IMG/VR virus record: IMGVR_UViG_3300010397_000045
Span: 9,000 to 72,999 of that record
Reading direction: 5' to 3' (one strand)
Source of the DNA: a virus
DNA length: 64,000 nt
Of this stretch, positions 44,691 to 54,436 are shown in pieces. How positions within the stretch are numbered: the first letter of the stretch is position 1; each line of letters begins with the position of its first letter. Under the pieces are notes generated by a model. The model saw nothing but the letters and a program-made list of their open reading frames with translations. It was not told where the DNA came from and ran no database searches. The translations under genes were made by a program, and so were the position numbers.

Positions 44691-45715
44691 GCCTGCAGTA
44701 TCTTCGCAACGTGTCTTTGATCGTAGGAACCGCAGGTGGTCAGGGGTTGCAACTGGGTAACCTGCGGATCGTGTTCGAGGTCAAGCGTGGCGACCTCGAG
44801 ACGCCCAACACCTGCGACGTGCGCGTGTACAACCTGTCAGACACCACGGCCAACCAGCTGCGCTCTGGGCAGAATGGCCTGCCCGAGTTCACGCAGTTGC
44901 AGTTGAGCACCTCTTATGGCGTGCAACCCCTGGCGCAGATCTTCTGGGGGTCCATCGTCCAGGTGCGCAGTGGGCGCGAAGACCAACGCAACTCGTATGT
45001 TGATATCACGGCAGCCGATGGGGATGAACCGTACAACTTTGCAGTCAGCGCGTTCTCGCTCAACTCAGGATCACAGGCTTTCACTCCTATACAGAGGATA
45101 CTCGCTGACATGGCGCGGTGGTCGTTCGGAGACCCCACGCAGACCAGCTCTAATGGTCAGGGGGTGTCGATGGGGTATGTACCGCCTGACGTGCAGAACA
45201 ACACCAACAGGTCGATTCGGGGGCGTGTGTACTTCGGTGACTGCCGCAGGGAGATGAGGCAGCTGGCCAAGAACCAGGACTGCCAATGGTCCATACAAGA
45301 CCACCAGCTCACGTTTATCCCTAACACGGGGTACATACCCGAGCCGCCCATACTGATCACCCCTGGTACCGGGCTGATAGGTACACCCGAGCAGACGCAG
45401 AGTGGGCTCAAGGTCCGGGTGCTGCTGAACCCATCTATCAAGATAGGCCGTACCATCAAGCTCGATTTCAGCAACATCAACCAGTTGCGTTACGGGCAGG
45501 AGGTTGGATCACCCGCAACCAACTTGCAACTGCAGGACAGCGTGACGAAGATGAACGCCCAGGGTCTGTACTATGTGATGCGTGCCGAACACACGGGCGA
45601 CTCACGCGGCGTTCCGTGGTACACCGACCTCACGTGCCTGGCCGTGGACGCCACGAACATACCTGCCAATGTGACAGCCAGCACGACCGTCTCCGGTGTT
45701 ATTAACAGGTACTGA
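44687..45715 (+). CDS. Baseplate hub protein
   Basis: PNTCDVRVYNLS, AADGD, WSIQD, TGLIGTP, LLNPSI and GDSRG...WY; start ATG 44687. Confidence 0.85.
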   Translation: MSLQYLRNVSLIVGTAGGQGLQLGNLRIVFEVKRGDLETPNTCDVRVYNLSDTTANQLRSGQNGLPEFTQLQLSTSYGVQPLAQIFWGSIVQVRSGREDQRNSYVDITAADGDEPYNFAVSAFSLNSGSQAFTPIQRILADMARWSFGDPTQTSSNGQGVSMGYVPPDVQNNTNRSIRGRVYFGDCRREMRQLAKNQDCQWSIQDHQLTFIPNTGYIPEPPILITPGTGLIGTPEQTQSGLKVRVLLNPSIKIGRTIKLDFSNINQLRYGQEVGSPATNLQLQDSVTKMNAQGLYYVMRAEHTGDSRGVPWYTDLTCLAVDATNIPANVTASTTVSGVINRY

Positions 45716-45720
45716 GCAAC

Positions 45721-46449
45721 ATGGAACGCCGCGAACGGGTATTCGATCTGGAGGAAACGTTGATATCGGCGTTCGAGTCGCTGGTGTCGGGTGTGTGGAC
45801 CGCGCTCCCGGGGGTGTTTCAGGCGTTCACGAACAACTACAACACCTGTGAGGTACAGTGTCCGATCAATGGCCGCGCCCGGCAACCGAACGGTATCTAT
45901 AAGGCCATCCAGATGCCCAAGTTCGTGGACGTACAACTCTGCTGGATGGGTGGGGGCGGCGCCACCTGGACGTTTCCGCTCAAGCAGGGTGATGAGGGGT
46001 TGTTGGTGTTCTCGAGCAGGTGCATAGATCAATGGTGGAAATACGGATTTCAGCAGCCGACGGGGTTGGTTGATGCGGCCGGTAACCCCTACAACCCGGC
46101 GAACAACCCGCCTGAGTTCCGCATGCATAACCTCTCTGATGGATTCTTCATCCCCGGGGTGCGTAGTCTGCCACGGGCGTTCGCCAGCTTCGATGTCAGT
46201 ACGGCGCGCCTGCGGACTGATGATGACACATGCTACTTCGAATTCGACCCGGTAAACAAGCGGGTGAAGATCGTCGCCAGTGGTGGGATCACCATGAACA
46301 CCGTGACGATTGACAACTCAGGTAACCTGGTGTCGCCGGCCACGATAACGGGACAGACTGAAGTCGTGGCGAAGACCGGCGGCAGCGCGGTGCACCTGAG
46401 CAGCCACACGCACCCGGGTAACAACCAACCACCGACGCCAGGATCATGA
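45721..46449 (+). CDS. Baseplate spike (Gp138/gpV-like)
   Basis: TALPG, TFPLKQGDEGLLVFSSRCIDQWW, RMHNLSDG and C-terminal HTH iron-binding motif. Confidence 0.9.
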   Translation: MERRERVFDLEETLISAFESLVSGVWTALPGVFQAFTNNYNTCEVQCPINGRARQPNGIYKAIQMPKFVDVQLCWMGGGGATWTFPLKQGDEGLLVFSSRCIDQWWKYGFQQPTGLVDAAGNPYNPANNPPEFRMHNLSDGFFIPGVRSLPRAFASFDVSTARLRTDDDTCYFEFDPVNKRVKIVASGGITMNTVTIDNSGNLVSPATITGQTEVVAKTGGSAVHLSSHTHPGNNQPPTPGS

Positions 46450-46826
46450 GATACAGACAACTCTCGCCTACGGGCGATTACACACTGGGCAAGTCTACGT
46501 GGCTTGTCAACTCACCCGCTACCGTGGAGCAGGCGATCAAGACGCGGCTCAAATTGTGGCTGGGAGAATGGTTTGTAGACCTCACCGACGGCACGCCGTA
46601 TCCGACCCAGGTGTTGGGTGAACGTTACGGTAAGTCACCGGATGCAGCCATCAAGGCGCGCATCCTGGGAACCCCCGGAGTCACGCAATTGATATCCTAC
46701 AGTAGCAGTTTCAACGCGCCCTCGGACGGCGTGCGGAGAACGTTGACAGTGAACGCAACAGTGCAGAGCCTCTATAGCGTGACGCCGGTGTCGGTGTCAC
46801 TACCGCTGACGGTAGGTGTGCCGTGA
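46446..46826 (+). CDS. Baseplate wedge subunit (gp25/gp46-like)
   Basis: QAIKTRLKLWLGEWFVD...GTPY...RILGTPGV. Confidence 0.85.
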   Translation: MRYRQLSPTGDYTLGKSTWLVNSPATVEQAIKTRLKLWLGEWFVDLTDGTPYPTQVLGERYGKSPDAAIKARILGTPGVTQLISYSSSFNAPSDGVRRTLTVNATVQSLYSVTPVSVSLPLTVGVP

Positions 46827-47995
46827 CGTCTCCAGTCGCCGCTACCATCGATGCGACGGGTATCTCGGCGCCGTCATACGCGCAGATTCTGGCGTACTAC
46901 ATCGGACAGTTTCAACTCATTAACGGTGCAGACTCTTACCTGGGCAACGACAGCCAGGACGGTCAACTGCTAGGTATCTTCGCCCAGGGCATCAGCGATT
47001 GTAACTCCGCCATCATCGCGGCGTACAACTCGTTTTCGCCCACTACAGCCCTCGATGCCGCCCTATCGTCCAACGTCAAACTGAATGGGTTGGCACGCAT
47101 CCTGGGGTCGTTCTCGAGCGCTGCGTTGACCGTCGTAGGTCAAGCCAACACAGTCATCACCAACGGCCAGGCGCAGGATCAGAATGGCAACCTGTGGGCC
47201 ATACCGTCTCCGACGACGATTCCCGTAGGTGGGTCCATCGTGGTGGTAGGCGTGTGCACCACCCTCGGTGCCATCGCTGCGCCGGCAAACACGATCAACA
47301 TTATCGGTACTCCTACACTGGGTTGGCAGACCGTCAACAATGCCGCTCCTGCCACACCTGGTAACCCAGTAGAGAACAACGCGCAGCTGCGCATACGCCA
47401 GGCAAGCTCGGTTGCGCTGCCGTCCGTCACGGTTTTCTCCGGGATCGTAGCAGCCATCAGGCAGGTGCCTGGCGTCACCAGGATCACCCCCTACGAGAAC
47501 AACACCAACTCTACGGACGGAAACGGCATACCCAAGACCACGTTGTGCTTCGTGATAGAAGGCGGTGCGCAGTCGGCCATCATCAACGCGATCGCCTCCA
47601 AGATGCCGCCCGGCACGGCCACGTTTGGCAACGTGTCTGGATCATACACGGATAGTTCGGGTGTCACCCGTCTGATCAACTATCAGACGCCTTCACCCGT
47701 TTCCAGCTTCGCCGCCACCATCGGGGTGCACACCCTCAACGGTTGGGCCGATAGTACGATCGTGCTCATACAGGCGGCGGTTTCGAGTTACCTCACGACG
47801 CTACCAATAGGCGGTGTTGTCAACATAGCGGCCATCACGGCCATCGCTCAGCTGTTGGGCACGTTGCAGGCGCCGACGTTCCTGGTTAAAACCGTGCAGG
47901 TATCCAAGAACGGGGGTGGTCTGCAGAGTACCGATTTCACGCTCGGGTTCAGTGAATCCGCCAACCCGGGAACCCACACGGTTAACAAGGTATGA
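46823..47995 (+). CDS. Baseplate J-like protein
   Basis: DSQDGQ, YNSFSP, VKLNGLAR, LRIRQ and YEN...DGNGIP...VIEGG. Confidence 0.9.
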   Translation: MTSPVAATIDATGISAPSYAQILAYYIGQFQLINGADSYLGNDSQDGQLLGIFAQGISDCNSAIIAAYNSFSPTTALDAALSSNVKLNGLARILGSFSSAALTVVGQANTVITNGQAQDQNGNLWAIPSPTTIPVGGSIVVVGVCTTLGAIAAPANTINIIGTPTLGWQTVNNAAPATPGNPVENNAQLRIRQASSVALPSVTVFSGIVAAIRQVPGVTRITPYENNTNSTDGNGIPKTTLCFVIEGGAQSAIINAIASKMPPGTATFGNVSGSYTDSSGVTRLINYQTPSPVSSFAATIGVHTLNGWADSTIVLIQAAVSSYLTTLPIGGVVNIAAITAIAQLLGTLQAPTFLVKTVQVSKNGGGLQSTDFTLGFSESANPGTHTVNKV

Positions 47996-49059
47996 CCGAC
48001 TACACGACGCTCATCACGAGCGAGCACAACCAACAACCGGGCTTCGTCGCGACGGTTGACCTGCTGGCCAATGGCGTCGGGAGTATCACCGCGCTTGCGC
48101 AGCTGTTGCCAGCGCTGTTCGATTTCGACAACGCCACCAACGCTCAGCTGGATGTCGATGGGCAGTGGATCGGACTTGCACGCACGGTGGGTGGCGTATT
48201 CCTTATCAACTTCTTTGGTTTTGCCGACGATGGTACTGCGCTGGGTTTTGGCGAGCTGGGTAATCCAAGCGTGGGCGGTCGCTTCGTAGAGCTGGGTGAG
48301 GACATCTCGAGCACGGCGACGTTGCACGACCCGGAGTACAGGACCGTGCTGCGGGCCAAGATCCTGCAGAACAGTTGGGATGGTGGGCTCGCGAAGTTCG
48401 AGGCCGCCTTGGCGGAAGTCCTGGGGGGTGCGACCTGCACCGTGATCGATCCCGGCAACAACGTGGTCATGTTTAAACCTAACTCGGCGCTCGACCTGGT
48501 GTTGCAGCAGTTGTTGACTGGGTATGACCTCATACCCCGCGCTGCCGGTATCCGCTATCAGTTCGTGTTCGTGCAGACCTCCTATGCCTGGACGTTCGCA
48601 GGCACCGCGACCTCGCCAGTGCTCCAGACCGTGCAGAAGAACTCCGGTAGTAACGCCTGGGACTCGGCCGCCTGGGTGGCAAGCCCGGCGCAACACATCT
48701 GGTTGCAATGGACCGTGCCCACGACCTCTGGCGCCATGATGGGCGGTCTGGCGGCTAACCCATCCGGCTCACCCAACTACCCAACACTCAACTTTGGCCT
48801 GGAGACCACCAATGGAGGCATCCAGGTGTGGGAGGCGGGCGTGCAACAGAACGGCCCGTTCCCGGGCGGCAACTGGGGCAGTTACTTGGCGGGCGACGCT
48901 TTCGCCGTCTATTGGGATGGCAAGTCTGGGGTGTACCTGCATAACGGCGTGCCATTCAAGGTGACGACGCCGGCTGTATCTCCGGGCTCACTGGCCCCGA
49001 TGTTCTCGATATTCTCGGTAGGCGATCAGGCCAACAACATCTACATCTCCGCGAGTTAA
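47992..49059 (+). CDS. DUF2612 baseplate protein with an extra C-terminal beta domain
   Basis: LITSEH...FDFDNA...QLDVDGQWIG...YRTVLRAKILQNSWDG, then about 160 extra aa (KNSGSNAWDSAA...). Confidence 0.85.
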   Translation: MTDYTTLITSEHNQQPGFVATVDLLANGVGSITALAQLLPALFDFDNATNAQLDVDGQWIGLARTVGGVFLINFFGFADDGTALGFGELGNPSVGGRFVELGEDISSTATLHDPEYRTVLRAKILQNSWDGGLAKFEAALAEVLGGATCTVIDPGNNVVMFKPNSALDLVLQQLLTGYDLIPRAAGIRYQFVFVQTSYAWTFAGTATSPVLQTVQKNSGSNAWDSAAWVASPAQHIWLQWTVPTTSGAMMGGLAANPSGSPNYPTLNFGLETTNGGIQVWEAGVQQNGPFPGGNWGSYLAGDAFAVYWDGKSGVYLHNGVPFKVTTPAVSPGSLAPMFSIFSVGDQANNIYISAS

Positions 49060-49065
49060 ACACAC

Positions 49066-50223
49066 ATGACGTATACGAAACCAACTGTACGTAGGGCGTG
49101 GGGAGAGACGGCCACTGGTGCCGATCTGACCGACCCAGGCGACATCTACGCGTCAGCCGGGTGGCCCCTCGGTCAGAAACCACCACGCCAATATTTCAAC
49201 TGGGTGCTGAATTACACATTTGCGGCCGTGCGGTACTTCTGTCAGACTGGTGTGCCTGCGTGGGATGCCGCGGAGACGTATCCGATCAACGCCGTGGTCG
49301 TGACCTCCAACGGTTATCTGATGCGGTCGTTGCAAGATAATAACATCAACCACGTTCCTGATTCTGGCGCCTCGATCGGAGTTTGGTGGAACCCACCTAA
49401 GACGGTTACGCCCCTGGCAGCTAACGCGAATGATTTTACGATACCTAACACCGCCTGGGTTCACTCCAATTTCCTGGCAGTCGGTTCGGCGTTCTCGGCC
49501 ATCAGCGGTTCCATCCAGAACGCCCAGGTGCCGTCCAGCGCCGTGACGCAATGGCAAGGCGCCCTGTCGATTGCGGGTAGCCAGATCACCGGTTCGGTGG
49601 CGTTGGCTGTCAAGGTCTCGATGGGCAACGGCAACTACTCCGCTCTCAATTTTGACAGCCAGAGCGGACAACCCAGCCGGGTGTTCGGCAGTAATAGCGG
49701 GAATAACGACACCATACATGGGTGGGACCCTAATAATTTCTCGGTGGCAAATTCGCAACAGTTGGCCGGGTTTAACCCGTCGATCAGCACGGGTGGAAAC
49801 ACCATCGCCTTGCGTGATTCCAACGGATACCTGTTCGCTCAGTATTTCAATCAGCCCAGCCCCAACAACGAGAACTCGTCCATCAGCCAGGTGATGACGA
49901 CCCAGGGAAGTGATAATTTTATACGTAAGAGCAGCCTGGTACAACTACGGGCATCCATGGGGGTGTTCACCCTCTCGGATTTCCCCAGCGGCAACGGCTG
50001 GTTCAAACTCCCGAACGGCAAGATAGTTCAATGGGGTATAGCGTCGATCAGCGGCACGACCTTCGTGGGGTTCCCCATAGCTTTCCCCAGCGCGTGCCAG
50101 AGTTTCGTGATGTCCCCTATCGGGAGTAGCAACCAGTTCTTCATGAGCGGTGGTCCCGGTACTACGGGGGTCACGGTGACGAATGGTACAGCATCCATAT
50201 GTTGGGTCGCAACCGGGGTTTAA
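49066..50223 (+). CDS. Tail fibre protein
   Basis: GWPLGQKPPRQYFNW...GVPAWDAAETY N-terminus; NGWFKLPNGKIVQWG...FPIAFP C-terminus. Confidence 0.85.
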   Translation: MTYTKPTVRRAWGETATGADLTDPGDIYASAGWPLGQKPPRQYFNWVLNYTFAAVRYFCQTGVPAWDAAETYPINAVVVTSNGYLMRSLQDNNINHVPDSGASIGVWWNPPKTVTPLAANANDFTIPNTAWVHSNFLAVGSAFSAISGSIQNAQVPSSAVTQWQGALSIAGSQITGSVALAVKVSMGNGNYSALNFDSQSGQPSRVFGSNSGNNDTIHGWDPNNFSVANSQQLAGFNPSISTGGNTIALRDSNGYLFAQYFNQPSPNNENSSISQVMTTQGSDNFIRKSSLVQLRASMGVFTLSDFPSGNGWFKLPNGKIVQWGIASISGTTFVGFPIAFPSACQSFVMSPIGSSNQFFMSGGPGTTGVTVTNGTASICWVATGV

Positions 50224-50227
50224 AATC

Positions 50228-50644
50228 ATGACCAAATATTACTACAGCCCGACGACTGGCGCGTTCTATACGCCGGAGGTGCACGGCCTGGTGGATCGGA
50301 TGCCCGGGGACATAACCGAGATAACCGAGGCAGAGTGGCAAAAGCTGTTGGCCGCGCAATCTTCCGGCAAACAGATCGTCGCCGGAACCCACGGCAAACC
50401 GATCGCGGTCAAGTACCGGCACACTGATGAGGAGTTGGCCGCAGAGTTGCGTCGAGTCCGCAACCTGGCGCTGGCCGAGACGGACGGCTTGGTGGCGCGG
50501 CACCGCGACGAGCTTGACATGGGGTTGGCTACGTCGATCGAAACCGAGAACTATCGCAGGCTCGTCAAGTGGCGCCAGGCTCTGCGCGACATAACCAAAC
50601 ATCCGAAGTTCCCACAGGTCCGACTTCCCGAGAGACCTGTTTGA
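50228..50644 (+). CDS. Tail fibre assembly chaperone
   Basis: YYYSPTTGAFY...RNLALAETD...WRQALRDI...FP; start ATG 50228. Confidence 0.85.
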   Translation: MTKYYYSPTTGAFYTPEVHGLVDRMPGDITEITEAEWQKLLAAQSSGKQIVAGTHGKPIAVKYRHTDEELAAELRRVRNLALAETDGLVARHRDELDMGLATSIETENYRRLVKWRQALRDITKHPKFPQVRLPERPV

Positions 50645-50717
50645 GTAGGGGGTCCTCACGACGCGCTGTGTTGGTAAAGAATAAACCACCGCAGTCGCGA
50701 TGTTTTCCCCGGAAGTT

Positions 50718-50748
50718 GGCGGGGTCGGCTTTCGGCCCCGTCCTTTTT
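50718..50748 (+). terminator. Intrinsic terminator between the tail and lysis genes
   Basis: GGGGTCG-GCTTT-CGGCCCC hairpin followed by TTTTT. Confidence 0.65.
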
Positions 50749-50774
50749 AATCTAACTGAAAGGAGAAACATGCG

Positions 50775-51164
50775 ATGTTTCGCACAGTCGTGGAAATGGT
50801 AATGGGCACACTATCACCCGAACAGAGGACACTAATCATGCGCTCAGCGTGGGTTTCTATAGTCTCATTTCACATGGTGTGGGTCTGCGGCTGGGTCGGG
50901 TTCACCGGGCTGGAGGCTCCGTTCGCCCGAGCTGTGGACCTGAAACAGAATAATGATCAGCTCACTAGCATAGCTTCACAGTTACAAGATGACCGCATCG
51001 AACGCCTGGAGTTGGCCATACAGACCGTCCGTGGGCAGCAGTGCCGCACAGCGACGGACTCACCCGCCAGACAGAATTACACCGACCGCCTCAACGACCT
51101 GTACGTCAAGTACTGGAAGATTGCCAAACGGGAACCTCATGTTCCAAGGTGTGATGAAACATGA
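50775..51164 (+). CDS. Membrane protein of the lysis region (holin/antiholin candidate)
   Basis: One hydrophobic segment plus a Cys pair; AAGGAG RBS. Confidence 0.5.
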   Translation: MFRTVVEMVMGTLSPEQRTLIMRSAWVSIVSFHMVWVCGWVGFTGLEAPFARAVDLKQNNDQLTSIASQLQDDRIERLELAIQTVRGQQCRTATDSPARQNYTDRLNDLYVKYWKIAKREPHVPRCDET

Positions 51165-51436
51165 ATATAGGAGACCTCGCCCAGATACTCACCCCCATAG
51201 GCGTGCTTGTGACGGCGTGGGTGTCTTGGGACAACAAGCGCATCCTACGGAAGCAGAACCAGGAACAAGCGCGTCAGTCAGAGAATATCCAGAAGATCGA
51301 GATTGCGACCAACTCCATGAAAGATCAACTGGTAGCAGCAACAGCCGTGGCCGCAGAGCTGGTGGGGCGCGCCAAAGGTGTCACGGAAGGCATCAAGCAG
51401 GAACAGGATAACCCAACCGTAGGTAGGCAACCATGA
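51161..51436 (+). CDS. Small membrane protein (holin candidate)
   Basis: N-terminal transmembrane segment; immediately upstream of the endolysin. Confidence 0.5.
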   Translation: MNIGDLAQILTPIGVLVTAWVSWDNKRILRKQNQEQARQSENIQKIEIATNSMKDQLVAATAVAAELVGRAKGVTEGIKQEQDNPTVGRQP

Positions 51437-51879
51437 AACTGAGCCCACTGGCACTGGCCATCCTCGAGTTCGCCGAAGAGTTGAAACTCGTGGCGTACCA
51501 GGATCAACACGGCGTATGGACGTGCGGTTACGGACATACCGGCCCGGACGTAGTACAGGGAACCACCTGCACGATGGACGGTGCTGCTGCGTGGCTCGCG
51601 CACGACGTGGCGCACGCCGAGGATGCAGTCACTCATACCGTCAAGGTTCCCCTGTCGCAGCGGCAGTTCGATGCGTTCGTGTTGCTGACGTATAACATCG
51701 GGGCGGCCGCCTTCGCCGGTTCCTCCCTGCTACGCCTGTTCCACGGCGGCAACACGAGTGCCGCGGCGAACGAGTTCCTGGTATGGAACCACGTACAGGG
51801 CGCACCCAACACGGGGTTGACCCGGCGGCGTCGTCTGGAAAGATCTTTGTTCCTGGATAACTCGGAGTTCCTACCATGA
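51433..51879 (+). CDS. Endolysin, GH24 lysozyme
   Basis: E-x8-D-x5-T triad (EELKLVAYQDQHGVWTCGYGHT), QFDA...YNIG and GLTRRR. Confidence 0.93.
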   Translation: MKLSPLALAILEFAEELKLVAYQDQHGVWTCGYGHTGPDVVQGTTCTMDGAAAWLAHDVAHAEDAVTHTVKVPLSQRQFDAFVLLTYNIGAAAFAGSSLLRLFHGGNTSAAANEFLVWNHVQGAPNTGLTRRRRLERSLFLDNSEFLP

Positions 51880-52181
51880 AGAGTCTGTGGATATGGTTCA
51901 AAAACAAGTTCGGTCGGGTGGTGACTGCGCTCGGCGGTGTCCTGATGACCCTGGATGCGGTGAGCCTGGACCCGATGCGCCCGTTTCTGAATGAGTACTT
52001 TGGTGAGAAAAAGGCGACCCGGGTCGTGGTGGTGACGGCGGCTTTCTTCTTCCTGCTCTCGTATATCCGCCACCAGATCGTCGCCAACCGGCACCCGGAA
52101 GATACTGCCGTACTGCCACCGCCGGCTCCCGGAACTGTCAGTAGCTCGGACGTAGCTTATGGGAAGCGTGATCCGGTATGA
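51876..52181 (+). CDS. Two-TM membrane protein (holin candidate)
   Basis: Two hydrophobic segments; lies between endolysin and spanins. Confidence 0.55.
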   Translation: MKSLWIWFKNKFGRVVTALGGVLMTLDAVSLDPMRPFLNEYFGEKKATRVVVVTAAFFFLLSYIRHQIVANRHPEDTAVLPPPAPGTVSSSDVAYGKRDPV

Positions 52182-52191
52182 ACAACATAAC

Positions 52192-52632
52192 ATGGCGATA
52201 TCAAGCGTGATTAACAAACTCGAGATATACGGCATCGCGTTGGTCGTGGCCATACTCTGTGCCTGCGCTGCATACATCAAGGGGCGCTTCGATGAGAAGG
52301 CGGCCATCGTGCGGAAAACCAACGCTGACAACACCGTGGCCATGCAGCGGTGGGTTGAGACCGCGCAACAGCGCTCCCAGGCGGACGACCTCGCACGCCA
52401 GCGCACGCAGGACTTCATCAATACTGTGACCCAAGGAATCGATCATGTCAACGCGAAGTTCGCGAGGCTCCCCACCGTCGTGGTGGATGCGCGCGGTTGT
52501 GAGCGCCTTACCACTGCTGCCCGGATGCGTTGGAACGCCGTCGAGCTTCTGTCCGCCGGACAAGCTGACGCACCCGCCGGAAGCGCGGCTCCTGACGCCG
52601 TGCCGGCAGGCAGTGTGCCTGCTACCCGATAG
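52192..52632 (+). CDS. Rz: i-spanin (Rz-like)
   Basis: N-terminal TM, coiled coil, C-terminal C...RWN motif. Confidence 0.75.
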   Translation: MAISSVINKLEIYGIALVVAILCACAAYIKGRFDEKAAIVRKTNADNTVAMQRWVETAQQRSQADDLARQRTQDFINTVTQGIDHVNAKFARLPTVVVDARGCERLTTAARMRWNAVELLSAGQADAPAGSAAPDAVPAGSVPATR

Positions 52633-52777
52633 CTTCGACGGATCGTCACTCACGGACCAGGCCAGCCAGGTCGAAGCCTGCCATGAGGAACGCGTGAAGG
52701 CATACCTGGCCTGCGCCGCCAAGGACAGGGAGCTGGTCGAGTGGGTTCAACACAGAGTAGAGGAGCAGGTCAAATGA
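52487..52777 (+). CDS. Rz1: o-spanin (Rz1-like lipoprotein), overlapping Rz
   Basis: MRAVVSALPLLPGC lipobox; Pro-rich; LLTPC...C...LVEW; in a shifted frame over the 3' part of Rz. Confidence 0.75.
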   Translation: MRAVVSALPLLPGCVGTPSSFCPPDKLTHPPEARLLTPCRQAVCLLPDSFDGSSLTDQASQVEACHEERVKAYLACAAKDRELVEWVQHRVEEQVK

Positions 52778-53214
52778 ACGTGTTAGGTTGGATATGGTTC
52801 GCGATCGTGCAGCTCGTAGCGCTCGCGTTCACCGTGGTCGGATGGCTCCTGCTGATACCCTTCGCCTGGAGCCGCGCATGGGTGGTGAGACGATCGCGCG
52901 TGGCAGACTTCGACGGGCGCCAGGTAACCGCCTGGCGTGGCGGCTGGCTTACGTGGCCGTGGGGTAACGAGGAGGACGGTGTAACCGGCGCCGATTTCTA
53001 CCGGGAGCGGTTCAAGGACGAGCGCCGGTGTGCCTACCTGTGGAGCGCCTGGAGGAACCCCGCCAACAACCTCCGGTTTGTATTTCGTTGGCGGGGTGGG
53101 CCGTTCAAACGATGGGAGTGGACCTGGACCCTGCGCGGGGCTTCGCATCCGTTGTACTTCCAGCTCGGGTGGTACCCGAACGGTTACCCGGTACTATCCG
53201 GTGGCAAGCGTTGA
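52774..53214 (+). CDS. Conserved phage membrane-associated protein
   Basis: WPWGNEEDG...YLWSAWRNPANNL motif; start ATG 52774. Confidence 0.65.
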   Translation: MNVLGWIWFAIVQLVALAFTVVGWLLLIPFAWSRAWVVRRSRVADFDGRQVTAWRGGWLTWPWGNEEDGVTGADFYRERFKDERRCAYLWSAWRNPANNLRFVFRWRGGPFKRWEWTWTLRGASHPLYFQLGWYPNGYPVLSGGKR

Positions 53215-53351
53215 CTACCCAGATCCAGGCGCGCTCGCACCAGGTGTTGTTTGTGATAACCTGTTCACGCACACCACAGCACACACAACGCCCCTGCCAG
53301 TATCCAACATCACAGTCACAATTGGGTTGGGTATACATAACACATCTCCCT

Positions 53352-53636
53352 TTAACAGATCGAGTTGACAAGCTTGGCCCGCACGGCCTCAGGTGGCATA
53401 CCCCGCGCGAGGTCGTTCTGCACTGTCGCAACAGCGTTCTCGAGTTGGGCAGCCCGCCTAGCCAGTGATATGTTAGCCCGTACCAGTTGTGCGCAGCGCT
53501 TGTCGACGCACGTGATGTCAGCTTGATATTGTGCCCCTAAGATTTCCACCATTTTACGCATCCGCCGGTAGTGGAGATACGTTATGAGGAAGCAGAACAG
53601 GAACGCTGTGATAAAACCAGCTGTGAAAGTATTCAT
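53352..53636 (-). CDS. Hypothetical membrane-anchored coiled-coil protein
   Basis: Start ATG 53636 (MNTFTAGF), 4-bp overlap with the thyX stop. Confidence 0.55.
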   Translation of the reverse strand: MNTFTAGFITAFLFCFLITYLHYRRMRKMVEILGAQYQADITCVDKRCAQLVRANISLARRAAQLENAVATVQNDLARGMPPEAVRAKLVNSIC

Positions 53637-54436
53637 ATGCGTCTGCTCCTGAATTCCAGCCACTCTTTGAACAGCTCCCGCTCGTGTTGGAACAACCCGT
53701 AGGTGCGGGGGAAATGCTCCTCTACCAACACCCCCACCGCACGCGCGCACTCGCGTGTCTCGTGCATCACCCCTTCCTCGTCTCGTAGCGTGAGGAATGC
53801 CAACCAGTTGCGAAGGTTGGCCGAGGCGCGCATCCTCGAGTAGTGGCCTACCGGCATCCCCATGCGGGCCAGCTCTTTGGGGATTCCCAACTTCAATCCC
53901 AGTTGGTAGAACTCCTCGTCGTGCTCGTACTTGTGCATGAGGGCATCGTGCCATGCCACAATCTGCTCGTCTGTCGGCGGCGTCTGGTTCTTGACCAACC
54001 CCTGCAACTGCTTGTTGTGCGTCGCGGCGGCCTCGTGCGAGCGGCGCCGGATGAGTTCAAAGTCCGGCAGGTAGTATTCCTCGGGCAGTGGCGCATAGCG
54101 GGCTGACATCTCGTTGTAGCTCTGCGTGCGGTGCCGATGCCACTCACGGAACACCGCAATTGGCGCCTGGACCTCGACGATCATGCCGGCGAACTCAAAA
54201 GGGCCCGCGTGCTTCGGGTGACTGTTGAACAGGGTTTTCAATAACAGCTCATCCAGGGTCCACCCACGGAACGAGCCCTGCGTCGATTGACGTGCGGCCT
54301 CGATGATCCCGCATTCGTAATCAGCTTTAGAAAAGGTGGCGGGATCGCTGACCCATTCCGAGATACCGGCCTTACCGGTACCCCACGACTCAATGAACTT
54401 GACGTAACCTTTCCCATCCAGAAGTTGGATATTCAT
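53633..54436 (-). CDS. thyX: FAD-dependent thymidylate synthase
   Basis: RHRTQSYNEMSARY signature, HAGPFE, KELAR and NLRNWLAFLTLR. Confidence 0.95.
   Translation of the reverse strand: MNIQLLDGKGYVKFIESWGTGKAGISEWVSDPATFSKADYECGIIEAARQSTQGSFRGWTLDELLLKTLFNSHPKHAGPFEFAGMIVEVQAPIAVFREWHRHRTQSYNEMSARYAPLPEEYYLPDFELIRRRSHEAAATHNKQLQGLVKNQTPPTDEQIVAWHDALMHKYEHDEEFYQLGLKLGIPKELARMGMPVGHYSRMRASANLRNWLAFLTLRDEEGVMHETRECARAVGVLVEEHFPRTYGLFQHERELFKEWLEFRSRRI

Noticed and set aside
49066-50760. Diversity-generating retroelement or invertible tail-fibre cassette
   Set aside because: No reverse transcriptase, template/variable repeat pair or invertase was seen in the window.
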